Shown: in pieces, positions 43,096 to 52,118 of the stretch | How the letters are laid out: each line of letters opens with the position of its first letter | Numbering within the stretch: the stretch's first letter is position 1 | Origin: Candidatus Omnitrophota bacterium | Lineage (GTDB): Bacteria; Omnitrophota; Gorgyraeia; Pluralincolimonadales; Pluralincolimonadaceae | Reading direction: 5' to 3' | DNA: 64,000 nt | Assembly (NCBI GenBank): GCA_028716565.1 | Contig: JAQUPL010000001.1 | Coordinates: forward strand, 83,545 to 147,544 | Made by a program: the position numbers and the translations under genes | The notes under the pieces: model-generated | Told to the model about the DNA's origin: nothing | What the model saw: only the letters and a program-made list of their open reading frames with translations | Database searches by the model: none

Positions 43096-44280
43096 ATGCA
43101 CGAAGCTAACAGGCTTAAAAGATTACCGCTGTATCTTTTCACTATCCTTGACGAGCTGAAAGAGAAGGCTAAGGCCCAGGGTACCGAGGTCATTGACCTC
43201 GGCATGGGCAGTCCCGACCTGCCGCCGGCCCGCCATATAGTGGATGAATTATGCGAGCAGACCAAGCACGTCATCAACCACCGCTATTCGAGGCCTACAG
43301 GAGACGTCGAAAATGCCTTCAAGAAAGCGATAGCGGATTGGTACAAGAAAAAGTTCAACGTCGACCTCGACCCGAGGACGGAAGTCCTGCCGCTTATAGG
43401 GTCTAAGGAAGGCATCGCGAACTTATGCCTCACGTTCCTCAACAACGACGATATAGCTATAGTGCCGAGCCCGGGATATACCGTGCATTTCAACGGGCCG
43501 ATCATGGCCGGCGGCATATTATACAGCTTGCCGATAAGCAAGGAGAACGGGTACAAGCCGGACTTAAAGAGCCTCGGCCGGGAGATAACCAGGATGGCCA
43601 AGATACTTTTCCTGAGCTATCCGCATAATCCCACCACAGCTGTCGCCGACCTGGCTTATCTTGAAAGCGTCGTCGATTGGGCCAAAGACAAGGATATAAT
43701 AATAGCTTACGACAACGCCTATTCTGACTTTGTCTTTGAGGGGCCGCCTGCCCCGAGCATACTCCAGGTAAAAGGGGCTAAAGATAAATGCGTGGAGTTC
43801 CACACGCTGTCCAAGTCGTATAACATGGCGGGGTGGAGGATAGGCACGGTCGTCGGAAACTCCAATATCATACGCTCCCTTGAAAAGACAAAGAGCTACA
43901 TAGACTTCGGCCTTTTCCGGCCGATACAATACGCCGCTATAAAGGCGTTGACCGGCCCTCAGGACTGCGTAAAGGAACTCGTTGCGACATATAAGAAGAG
44001 AAGGGATGTCTTTGTCGACGGGCTTAACAAGGCCGGCTGGGAGATCGACAAGCCGCAAGGGACTTTTTATGTCTGGGCCCACATCCCTCCCAAGTACAAC
44101 GCTCTTACATCTATGGAATTTTGCGCGCTTCTGGTAGAGGAAGCGGGCGTCGTATCTTCCCCGGGGACGGGCTTCGGAGAATTCGGAGAAGGTTTCGTGA
44201 GGTTCGCCCTCGTGGAACCCGAAGACAAACTTAAGATAGCCGTCGACAGGATAAAGAAACTCCTGGAGAAGAAAGACTAA
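43096..44280 (+). CDS. dapL: LL-diaminopimelate aminotransferase-like class I aminotransferase
   Basis: RLPLYLFTILDE, VIDLGMGSPDLP, LIGSKEGIANL, SKSYNMAGWRIG motifs resemble the DapL subfamily. Confidence 0.6.
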   Translation: MHEANRLKRLPLYLFTILDELKEKAKAQGTEVIDLGMGSPDLPPARHIVDELCEQTKHVINHRYSRPTGDVENAFKKAIADWYKKKFNVDLDPRTEVLPLIGSKEGIANLCLTFLNNDDIAIVPSPGYTVHFNGPIMAGGILYSLPISKENGYKPDLKSLGREITRMAKILFLSYPHNPTTAVADLAYLESVVDWAKDKDIIIAYDNAYSDFVFEGPPAPSILQVKGAKDKCVEFHTLSKSYNMAGWRIGTVVGNSNIIRSLEKTKSYIDFGLFRPIQYAAIKALTGPQDCVKELVATYKKRRDVFVDGLNKAGWEIDKPQGTFYVWAHIPPKYNALTSMEFCALLVEEAGVVSSPGTGFGEFGEGFVRFALVEPEDKLKIAVDRIKKLLEKKD

Positions 44281-44348
44281 ACGCATTCTTTAAGTTGCCA
44301 TACGATACGCCCGCCAGGATAACGGCGGGCGTATTTCATTGGAGGCCT

Positions 44349-45476
44349 ATGTCGGCGAAGAAAAGGGTCCTGTTGCTTTATATCTCGGTCAACTCCGGCC
44401 ACCAGAGGGCCGCGCTGGCCATCGAGAAGGCGCTGCGGCTCCTGGCTCCCGAAGCGGAGATCCTTGCCGTAAACTCCTTCAATTACACGAACCCGCTCGT
44501 CGAGAAAGTCATAAACAGGACCTACCTGGGAGTGATAAAGAACAAGCCTGAAGTCTGGGAATACCTCTACGACAACCCGAAAGTCTTCCGGAGCCTGGGG
44601 AGATTGCGCGATTCCATACATAAGTTCAATTCCGGGAAACTGAAGATCCTCCTCGATGAGTTCAAGCCGGACGTCATCGCCTGCACCCAGGCGTTCCCTT
44701 GCGGGATGATCGCGGATTATAAGACGTCATTCGGGTTGAAAGTGCCGCTTATCGGCGTGCTCACCGACTGCTACCCGCATTCCTACTGGTTCTTCGATTC
44801 GGTCGATCATTATATCGTCAATTCCGAGGCGGCGACAAAAAGACTGATTGAACACGGCATCCCCAGGGAAAAGATAAAGGATTACGGCATCCCGATAGAC
44901 CCGAAGTTTACCGAGAATGTCGATGACGAGGTCGTAAGGAAGAAACTCGGGCTTAATCCGGGATTGCCGACGGTCTTGATAATGGGCGGCAACCAGGGGC
45001 TCGGACCGCTCGCGGAACTCGTGAACGAGCTGAACAGGATCTCGTGCCCCCTCCAGCTGATCGTCGTGGCCGGAAGCAATAAGCGGCTTTTCGACTGGCT
45101 GGAGAGGAAGAAACGGTTGCTAAGGTTCAAGATGGTTGTCTACGGTTTCACCTCCGAAGTCACCGAGCTGATGTCGGTCTCGACTCTTATAGTGACGAAA
45201 CCGGGCGGGCTTACGATATCCGAAGCCCTTTCGAAGGAACTGCCGATAATAATATTGAACCCGATACCGGGACAGGAGGCCAAGAATACCGAGTATCTGA
45301 CAAGCGAGGGCGCCGCCGTTAAGGCGGACAGCGCCGCGGACGCGGCCCTTCTTACGGAGATGCTCCTGGTCAATAAGTCGAAGCTCGAACATATGCGCGG
45401 AAACGCCCGGCGGATAGCGAAACCGCGGTCATCAACCGACATAGCGAGGCTGATACTCGAATGCGCGAATTCCTGA
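44349..45476 (+). CDS. GT28 MGDG-synthase-like diacylglycerol glycosyltransferase
   Basis: GGAGG RBS before the ATG at 44349. N-terminal MGDG-synthase-like domain (LLLYISVNSGHQRAA) plus GT-B C-terminal domain (GSNKRL...TKPGGLTISEAL). Confidence 0.7.
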   Translation: MSAKKRVLLLYISVNSGHQRAALAIEKALRLLAPEAEILAVNSFNYTNPLVEKVINRTYLGVIKNKPEVWEYLYDNPKVFRSLGRLRDSIHKFNSGKLKILLDEFKPDVIACTQAFPCGMIADYKTSFGLKVPLIGVLTDCYPHSYWFFDSVDHYIVNSEAATKRLIEHGIPREKIKDYGIPIDPKFTENVDDEVVRKKLGLNPGLPTVLIMGGNQGLGPLAELVNELNRISCPLQLIVVAGSNKRLFDWLERKKRLLRFKMVVYGFTSEVTELMSVSTLIVTKPGGLTISEALSKELPIIILNPIPGQEAKNTEYLTSEGAAVKADSAADAALLTEMLLVNKSKLEHMRGNARRIAKPRSSTDIARLILECANS

Positions 45477-46315
45477 TATACAGGCTGGGGCAATTCCTGG
45501 CAATGGCCCTGCCGCTCAAGGCCGCATACTTCGTCGCGGCCTTTTTTGCCAGGCTGCAGTATGCCCTCTCGCGGAAAGACCGCCTTATAGTATACGGCAA
45601 CCTGCGCGCCATATTCCCGGACGAGGAAGAGAAGGAGATCGCGCGGCTCGCGAAGGAAGTTTTCGTTAATTTCGCCAAATACCTGGCAGATTTTTTCCGG
45701 TTCGAGAAGGTCGATAAAAGATTCCTGGCCGAGAAGGTAAAGGTTATGGGCAGGGAGAACCTCGACGGAGCCCTTAAAATGGGCAAGGGCGTCATAGCGC
45801 TATCGGCCCATATCGGGAACTACGAATTGGGCGGCGCGGTGATATCCCTTTTAGGTTACCGGTTGAATGTCGTGGCGCTTGACCACGATAACAAGTTGAT
45901 AAATGATTTTTTCATAGGGCAAAGGGCGCGTACGGGAGTACAAGTCATATCTGTCAAGTCGGTCCTGAGGAATTGTTTTGAAGCCCTGAAGAAGGGGGAG
46001 GTGCTGGCTTTGCTGGGAGACAGGGATTTTTCAAAACACGGCATCATAACCGGTTTCTTCGGGAAGAAGACATTGATCCCGAAGGGCCCGGCGGCTTTTT
46101 CCGTTAAAACAGGCGCCCCCATAGTGCCGGGTTTTTTATTCAGGATGCCGGATGATACCTTCGAGCTGAGATTTGATAAACCCATATCATACCGCGCCAC
46201 GGGGGACCGCGAAGCGGATGAGAAGGAAGTCACCGGCCTTTGCGTAAAGGTCATCGAGGATTACATAAGAAGATACCCGTCCCAGTGGTATATGTTCAGG
46301 AGGTTCTGGCTGTGA
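45461..46315 (+). CDS. lysophospholipid/lipid A-type acyltransferase (LpxL/HtrB family)
   Basis: 284 aa. HIGNYELGG acyltransferase motif and C-terminal PSQWYMFRRFW characteristic of the LpxL/HtrB family. Confidence 0.7.
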   Translation: MREFLIYRLGQFLAMALPLKAAYFVAAFFARLQYALSRKDRLIVYGNLRAIFPDEEEKEIARLAKEVFVNFAKYLADFFRFEKVDKRFLAEKVKVMGRENLDGALKMGKGVIALSAHIGNYELGGAVISLLGYRLNVVALDHDNKLINDFFIGQRARTGVQVISVKSVLRNCFEALKKGEVLALLGDRDFSKHGIITGFFGKKTLIPKGPAAFSVKTGAPIVPGFLFRMPDDTFELRFDKPISYRATGDREADEKEVTGLCVKVIEDYIRRYPSQWYMFRRFWL

Positions 46316-46998
46316 GAGGTGAAATCCCGCCGCTGCGGGGCTGCGTAATAATTCCCGCGTTTAATGAGGAGATGCGTATCGGCCATATCGCGGGAGAGGT
46401 CAAGGCCAAGGGCCTCGATTGCATAGTGGTAGACGACGGCTCGGCCGATAAGACCAAGGAAGAGGCAAAGGAAGCAGGCGCCGATGTCATCTGCCATCCG
46501 AAGAACCTCGGCAAGGGCGTATCGCTGAGGGATGGTTTCAAGAAAGCCCTGGAAAAAGGCTGCGATTTTGTTATAACGATGGACGGCGACGGACAACACC
46601 ACCCGGGCGAGCTGGAAGGTTTCGTCAGGGCAGCCGAAAAAAGCGGCGCGGCCGTTATCCTCGGGAACAGGATGGGAGATCCTAAAGGCATGCCGCTCAA
46701 GAGAAAGGTCACCAATTGGGTGATGTCGAGTTTCATTTCCCTGATCGCGGGCCAGAGAATGCCGGATACGCAGTGCGGCTACAGGCTCATAAAGGCGGAA
46801 GTCCTGAAAGCTGTGCCTCTTACTACAGATAAATACGAGATAGAGTCGGAGCTCCTGATAGGCGCCTCGAAGGCGGGGTTCAGGATCGCATCCATTCCCA
46901 TAAAGTCCATCTATGGGGGAGAGAAGAGCCAGATACACCCGTTCGTAGATACCCTCCGTTTCTTATCCTTCATAATAAAAACGGCCTTCAAAAAATGA
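46312..46998 (+). CDS. GT2 family glycosyltransferase (Dpm1/GtrB-like)
   Basis: GTG start overlapping the previous stop (GTGA). VIIPAFNEE, VVDDGSADKT, DGDGQHHP (DxD) motifs. Confidence 0.7.
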   Translation: MRGEIPPLRGCVIIPAFNEEMRIGHIAGEVKAKGLDCIVVDDGSADKTKEEAKEAGADVICHPKNLGKGVSLRDGFKKALEKGCDFVITMDGDGQHHPGELEGFVRAAEKSGAAVILGNRMGDPKGMPLKRKVTNWVMSSFISLIAGQRMPDTQCGYRLIKAEVLKAVPLTTDKYEIESELLIGASKAGFRIASIPIKSIYGGEKSQIHPFVDTLRFLSFIIKTAFKK

Positions 46999-47651
46999 AA
47001 GAGCAGGACGACGACTTAATCTTCAGGAATGAAATGGTTGAAAGCCAGCTGATACCGCGCGGGATAATAGATGCGGCGGTCTTGGCTGCCATGAGGAAAG
47101 TTCCGCGCCACCTCTTTACATCCGGTAAAAGCCTCGAAAACTCCTATGCCGATTATCCTCTGCCTGTAGGCGAGGGCCAGACGATCTCCCAGCCCTATAT
47201 GGTTGCCCTGATGACGCAATGCCTCGAGCTTAAAGACGGGGGAAAAGTGCTTGAGATAGGTACCGGCTCGGGTTACCAGGCGGCGATATTGCGTGAGATA
47301 GCCGCGGAAGTCTATTCGGTCGAGCGGTATGACACATTGGCGCAAAAGGCGCGGGAACTCCTGGACGGGCTCGGTTATAAGGATATAAAGATAAAAGTAG
47401 GCGACGGCACCGAAGGGTGGGACGAATTTGCCCCCTATGACGGGATAATCGTTACCGCCGGCGCGCCGTCGGTCCCCGCGCCTCTCGTAGAGCAGTTAGC
47501 CGAGGGAGGGATAATGGTGATCCCGGTCGGCGGGGCGTTCAGCCAGGAACTCTTGCTCATCAGGAAGAACCAGGGCGAGACCACGCAGGAAAGTATCTGC
47601 GGATGCACCTTCGTGCCGCTTGTGGGCAAATACGGGTGGCAGGAAGATTAA
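46995..47651 (+). CDS. pcm: protein-L-isoaspartate O-methyltransferase
   Basis: 218 aa. VLEIGTGSGYQAAIL SAM-binding motif and TISQPYMVA. Confidence 0.88.
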   Translation: MKEQDDDLIFRNEMVESQLIPRGIIDAAVLAAMRKVPRHLFTSGKSLENSYADYPLPVGEGQTISQPYMVALMTQCLELKDGGKVLEIGTGSGYQAAILREIAAEVYSVERYDTLAQKARELLDGLGYKDIKIKVGDGTEGWDEFAPYDGIIVTAGAPSVPAPLVEQLAEGGIMVIPVGGAFSQELLLIRKNQGETTQESICGCTFVPLVGKYGWQED

Positions 47652-47664
47652 ATTACTGTGACTC

Positions 47665-48063
47665 CCGGTCAATCGGCTCGCTCGGACCAAGGAAGCCCTG
47701 CTCAACCCACAAAACCTCCGCGCCGTATATTAAGCTCAAAACACACAAGCCGCTTCAAACTGTGGAAGCTGGCGGTGGTTTTTGTGCTTGAAGTAGGCGA
47801 TTTGGGCGTTATAATGATACCAGAGTAGGACAGGAACCTATTAATCACGAATTCGTATATTATGTGTTCTCAAGAAAGGAATACGAAGATGAAAAAAAAT
47901 TACGGTGACAGTATACTTAATTATCATCACACAAAAAGGGGGAGGGGAAATTTATAGTTGATATGACGACCAGGCAATCTGGCGAGCGAAGAGGCGGTTT
48001 ATGCCGCAGTCCCGCCGTTGCGGGACGAGGAATAAAGAAAGCCCGAGCGAGCCGATTGACTGG
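47665..48063. repeat. 21-bp inverted repeat pair (CCGGTCAATCGGCTCGCTCGG ... CCGAGCGAGCCGATTGACTGG) flanking a 357-bp AT-rich segment
   Basis: Arms at 47665-47685 and 48043-48063 are reverse complements with one C/T difference (a G-U pair if RNA). The interior is roughly 35-40% GC versus about 55% elsewhere. Confidence 0.6.
47788..47815 (+). promoter_or_regulatory. near-consensus sigma70 promoter inside the IR-flanked segment (TTGAAG, 16 nt spacer, TATAAT)
   Basis: -35 at 47788-47793, -10 TATAAT at 47810-47815. Followed by the AAAGGAA-ATG 22-codon ORF (47889..47957) and the Skp-like gene. Confidence 0.45.
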
Positions 48064-48117
48064 TCGTCAGGTAGCTGGAGAATGAAACGTCCCATATACA
48101 GACAAATGGAGGGAAAA

Positions 48118-48612
48118 ATGAAAAGTGTAATAATGGCGGTGTTAACGGTAATAGGCTGTTTGTTGTCGGGTAGCCTACTGGCAGGCGAGGTCTCTGCCGT
48201 AGCATCGGTCGATCTAAATCAGATACAGAATGAAGTCGGATACCAACGACTCGTATTTATGAACGCGAACGATGAGGTTAAGGCCGAGATGCTAAAGCTG
48301 CGGAAAACACTCGATCAAGCACTCATTGAGTGCGTAAGGGAAAATGACGATAGCAAGTTAGCGATCCTTCAAACTAAGATCCAGTCCATAAATAACAAGC
48401 TCAACGCAATACGAAATGCGATGAGCTACAGGAGCTCTGATCACAGGAGGGCACTGACAAGGTTTATTAAGAATCGATATTCCGGAAAATACGCGCTGGT
48501 CATCGACGCTCAAATGGGTAGAAATAACAGCCAGGTGATCATTTGGGATGCTCCAAGGATGACCGATCTAACCGATGAGATCATCCAAGAGCTGGATCGA
48601 GAATTACCCTAA
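48118..48612 (+). CDS. periplasmic chaperone Skp/OmpH-like protein
   Basis: GGAGGG RBS. 164 aa, signal peptide MKSVIMAVLTVIGCLLSGSLLAG, coiled-coil-prone middle, C-terminal ALVIDAQ...VIIWDAPRMTDLTDEIIQELD resembling the Skp C-terminus. The 48001 start is rejected because it runs through the IR arm. Confidence 0.5.
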   Translation: MKSVIMAVLTVIGCLLSGSLLAGEVSAVASVDLNQIQNEVGYQRLVFMNANDEVKAEMLKLRKTLDQALIECVRENDDSKLAILQTKIQSINNKLNAIRNAMSYRSSDHRRALTRFIKNRYSGKYALVIDAQMGRNNSQVIIWDAPRMTDLTDEIIQELDRELP

Positions 48613-48649
48613 AATAATTCTTGCATTTATAATTAGTTAGTGGTATTTT

Positions 48650-48925
48650 AGTGATGCTTTAAGCGCGGGAAGCCCGTGAAATACGGGCACGGCCCCGCCA
48701 CTGTAACCCCGCACCTTACTGATAAGTAAGGTAGCGCCTTAGACTACCGGAAGAAGATTCTTTCGGAAAAGACCACTGTTAAAAACGGGAAGGTTTAGTT
48801 TAAGGTGCGGGGGAGTCAGGATATCGCGCTTAGGGTGGCCCAAAAAACGGGCTCAAATTCCTTCGAGGGTGAGGAGAATTTTTTTATTACCTCATTTCAT
48901 CAAAAGGAATGAGGTTTTTTTATTT
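48650..48925 (+). promoter_or_regulatory. cobalamin (B12) riboswitch with intrinsic terminator, leader of cobU-cobT-cobS-btuFCD
   Basis: GCGGGAAGCCCGTGAAATACGGGCACGGCCCCGCCACTGTAA contains the GGGAA...GTGAAAT...GCCACTG B12-box core. CCCCGCACC (48706) pairs with GGTGCGGGG (48806). Terminator CCTCATT-N11-AATGAGG plus a T-run at 48890-48922. Confidence 0.8.
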
Positions 48926-48977
48926 GCGAAGCAAACATCCCGGCAGATATTCCGCCGGGAAGATCGAGGGATCAAAA

Positions 48978-49496
48978 ATGTCTGAATTGGTATTGGTCAC
49001 CGGAGGCGTCCGGTCCGGCAAGTCTTCTTACGCGCAAACTATCGCCGCGGCATCAGGCGCGAAGGTCTTCTATATTGCGACAGCCGAAGCGCTGGATGCC
49101 GATATGAAGAAGAGGATAAACTCCCACAAAAGGTCCCGCTCCAAGTCCTGGGCCACCATAGAAGAGCCCATCCGTCTCGTTAAAGCGATCAATTCACTGC
49201 CCGCGGAGAATATTACAGTAATCCTTGATTGCCTGACCCTTTTCATATCAAATCTCATCCACAAAGGCCTGACTGACGCGAAGATATATTCTGAAATAAA
49301 GAAAATAATAATTGCCCTGCGGAAGAAGGCCGGGCTTTCCATAATAGTCACTAACGAAGTCGGAAGCGGCATCGTCCCCGAGAATAGGTTGTCCCGCAGG
49401 TTTAGGGACCTGCAGGGGCGAGTAAACCAGATAACTGCCAAGGAGGCGGACAGGGTATGTCTATTGGTGTCAGGAATACCGTTACAGATAAAGTAA
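48978..49496 (+). CDS. cobU: adenosylcobinamide kinase / adenosylcobinamide-phosphate guanylyltransferase
   Basis: LVTGGVRSGKSSYAQ P-loop. 172 aa. GAGGGA RBS. The 48909 start is rejected. Confidence 0.85.
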   Translation: MSELVLVTGGVRSGKSSYAQTIAAASGAKVFYIATAEALDADMKKRINSHKRSRSKSWATIEEPIRLVKAINSLPAENITVILDCLTLFISNLIHKGLTDAKIYSEIKKIIIALRKKAGLSIIVTNEVGSGIVPENRLSRRFRDLQGRVNQITAKEADRVCLLVSGIPLQIK

Positions 49497-50554
49497 AGAT
49501 CGATGAGGTCGTAAAGGCGATCGAATCGGTAGATGCCGCCTTTTACGCCAAGGCGCAGGTGCGCCTTGATAACCTGACTAAACCGAAAGGCAGCCTTGGC
49601 CGGCTCGAGGAGATAGCCGCGCGCGTCGTCGCGATAACCGGGAACCTGAAACCCTCGGTAAAGAATAAAGTGATATTCACGATGGCCGGTGACCACGGGA
49701 TATGCGAGGAAGGCGTCAGCGCCTATCCGCAGGAGGTCACCCCGCAGATGGTCTACAATTTCCTGAGGGGCGGCGCCGGGATAAATGTCCTTGCCAGGGA
49801 CGCCGGGGCTGAAGTCATCGTCGTAGATATGGGAGTGAAGGGGAAGATAAAAGCGGATAAAGCGCCTAATTTTAAGGATAAAAAAGTAAACCACGGGACG
49901 AAGAATTTTGCCAAAGTCCCCGCGATGACAAGGGAAGAGGCCCTGAAGTCGATAACCGGCGGGATAGAAGCGTTCAATGAGGCCTATGCCGAAGAAAAGA
50001 TCGAGCTCGCCGGCGTCGGGGATATGGGGATAGGGAACACCACTTCGTCGAGTGCGATAGTCGCCGCAGTCACAGGCGAAGATATCGCCCTGGTGACAGG
50101 CAGAGGGACAGGCATAGACGACACCTCTTACGCCCGTAAGATCGATGCCATAAAAAAGGGCCTGTTTTTGCATAAGCCCGACCCGAAAGACCCCATAGAC
50201 ATCCTTTCCAAGGTGGGCGGATTCGAGATAGGCGGGATAGCGGGCGTGATATTAGCCGCCGCATCGAAGAAGGTGCCTGTCGCGGTTGATGGGTTTATTG
50301 CTTCCTGCGGCGCCCTGATAGCGTTTGAGATCTGTCCGGCCGTAAAAGATTATATCTTCTTCGCGCACCAATCTGTTGAGGCGGGGCAGTTGGCCATTTT
50401 AAGGCGCATCGGCCAGAAGCCGTTACTGAACCTCGATATGCGGCTCGGAGAGGGGACAGGCGCGGCGCTCGCAATGGGCATAATCGAGGCGTCAGTGAAG
50501 GTATTGAACGAAATGGCGACATTCGGCGAAGCGGGAGTTTCGGAGGAGAAGTGA
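49457..50554 (+). CDS. cobT: nicotinate-nucleotide--dimethylbenzimidazole phosphoribosyltransferase
   Basis: LTKPKGSLGRLEEIA and GIGNTTSSSA motifs. 5' end overlaps cobU by 40 nt, so the start is uncertain. Confidence 0.85.
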   Translation: MSIGVRNTVTDKVKIDEVVKAIESVDAAFYAKAQVRLDNLTKPKGSLGRLEEIAARVVAITGNLKPSVKNKVIFTMAGDHGICEEGVSAYPQEVTPQMVYNFLRGGAGINVLARDAGAEVIVVDMGVKGKIKADKAPNFKDKKVNHGTKNFAKVPAMTREEALKSITGGIEAFNEAYAEEKIELAGVGDMGIGNTTSSSAIVAAVTGEDIALVTGRGTGIDDTSYARKIDAIKKGLFLHKPDPKDPIDILSKVGGFEIGGIAGVILAAASKKVPVAVDGFIASCGALIAFEICPAVKDYIFFAHQSVEAGQLAILRRIGQKPLLNLDMRLGEGTGAALAMGIIEASVKVLNEMATFGEAGVSEEK

Positions 50555-51288
50555 AACGATTCCTGGTTGCGGTGCAATTTTTAACGTCTATACCCGTAAA
50601 GGTAAAAGGCGAGATAACCGATAAAGACCTTGCCGGCTCGATGGCATATTTCCCGCTGGTCGGGCTTTTAGCAGGCGCCCTTCTCGCGCTGTCATATAAT
50701 ATCCTGATCCCGTTCTTGCCGCATGCGGCCGTATGCGCTTTCGTAATGATAATAAACGTCGTTATATCCGGCGGGCTCCACATAGACGGTTTCATAGATA
50801 CTTTCGACGCGATAGCCAGCGGCGCCGGCAGGAAGAGGATGCTGGAGATAATGAAAGAAGGCAGGCCCGGAGCGGTCGGGCTCGCCTCTGTCGTACTTTT
50901 GTTTATCGCGGAATACTCGCTTCTTATCTCGCTTCCTGAGGGGGTGATCGAGGGGGCATTGATAGCGATGGCGGTTTTAAGCAGGACATCGTTCGTCGCT
51001 TCAAGCGCGCTCTATCCTTACGCGAGAGATACGGACGGCCTGGGAAAGAAATTCGCCGGGCGCCTGGAGAAGAGGAATATCGCGGTTGCGTTTCTCGCCG
51101 CGGCAATAGTCTTCTTCCTTATATTCAGGTTAAAAGCGTTCGTCTTTATACCCTCGGCCTGCTGCGTCATTTTGGCGTTTGACATTTATTTTTTCAGGAA
51201 ATTCGGAGGGATAACAGGGGACACGATGGGCGCGCTGGGGGAGATAATGGAGATAACGGCTCTCGCGCTTGCCGTAGCATTGATATGA
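50551..51288 (+). CDS. cobS: adenosylcobinamide-GDP ribazoletransferase (cobalamin synthase)
   Basis: 245 aa, polytopic membrane protein. FLTSIPV N-terminus typical of CobS. GTG start overlaps the cobT stop. Confidence 0.82.
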   Translation: MKRFLVAVQFLTSIPVKVKGEITDKDLAGSMAYFPLVGLLAGALLALSYNILIPFLPHAAVCAFVMIINVVISGGLHIDGFIDTFDAIASGAGRKRMLEIMKEGRPGAVGLASVVLLFIAEYSLLISLPEGVIEGALIAMAVLSRTSFVASSALYPYARDTDGLGKKFAGRLEKRNIAVAFLAAAIVFFLIFRLKAFVFIPSACCVILAFDIYFFRKFGGITGDTMGALGEIMEITALALAVALI

Positions 51289-52115
51289 GAAAGATCATTA
51301 TTGTGGCGTTTATGCTTCTTTTTATCTGCCGGCATGCCGCAGCGGGACAGGTTAGGATCATATCTATCGCGCCTGCCACTACTGAGATCGCCTGCGCCCT
51401 GGGCCTGGAGGATGATCTCGTCGCGGTCTCCACTTATTGCGATTATCCGCCGGAGGTTAAGAGCAAGGAGAAGATAGGCTCTTTCAGCGAACCTAATATA
51501 GAGAAGATACTCATCCTTAAGCCCGATATCATCCTCGCCACAGGCCTGGAACAGGCGCAGGCCGTAGGGAAATTGAAAACATTAGGGCTCCGGGTAATGG
51601 TATCAGACCCGAAGAATTTCCGGGAGTTGTATGATTCTATCCTCGCGATAGGCAAAGCGTGCGGGAAAGACACTGAGGCGGTTTCATTGATGAATAAAAT
51701 GAAGAAGACCGTATCGGCCGTCTCTGCAAAAGTCGCCCCGGTAGAGCCGGATAAACGGCCGAAGGTGTATTTCGAGATATGGTACGACCCGATCATGACC
51801 GCGGGCAAAGGGTCCTTTATAGACGAGATGATAACGGTCGCCGGCGGGGTCAATATAACTTACGACGCGCCGAGGCCGTTCTCGCAGTTCAGTCCCGAAT
51901 TGATCGTCAAACGCGACCCGGACGTGATAATACTGGGCTATATGGTAAAGGGAGAAGGCGCGGCAGAGTCTCTTTCGAAGAGGTTCGGCTGGGACAAGAT
52001 AACGGCAGTAAGAAAGGGCAGGGTTTATGATGATATCGAGCCGGATATCCTGTTCAGGCCAGGGCCGCGGCTTGCGGATGCCGTCGTCCGATTGAACGAA
52101 AGGTTCTACAAGTAA
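51285..52115 (+). CDS. btuF: periplasmic cobalamin/siderophore-type ABC substrate-binding protein
   Basis: Signal peptide. RIISIAPATTEIACALGLEDDLVAVS class III SBP fold. Located in the B12 operon. Confidence 0.75.
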   Translation: MRKIIIVAFMLLFICRHAAAGQVRIISIAPATTEIACALGLEDDLVAVSTYCDYPPEVKSKEKIGSFSEPNIEKILILKPDIILATGLEQAQAVGKLKTLGLRVMVSDPKNFRELYDSILAIGKACGKDTEAVSLMNKMKKTVSAVSAKVAPVEPDKRPKVYFEIWYDPIMTAGKGSFIDEMITVAGGVNITYDAPRPFSQFSPELIVKRDPDVIILGYMVKGEGAAESLSKRFGWDKITAVRKGRVYDDIEPDILFRPGPRLADAVVRLNERFYK

Positions 52116-52118
52116 CCC

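Noticed and set aside
47665-48063. Possibility that the 21-bp helix encloses RNase P RNA, tmRNA, SRP RNA or 6S RNA
   Set aside because: None of the universal motifs is present on either strand: no GGAAAGTCCGG or AGGGTGAAA for RNase P, no tmRNA tag or T-arm, no SRP domain IV GGAA tetraloop helix. Kept as an unclassified island instead.
47963-48085. 40-codon Arg/Gly-rich ORF (MTTRQSGERRGG...) inside the island
   Set aside because: Low-complexity translation of a GC-rich hairpin region with poor RBS spacing (15 nt), overlapping the IR arm. Unlikely to be a real gene.
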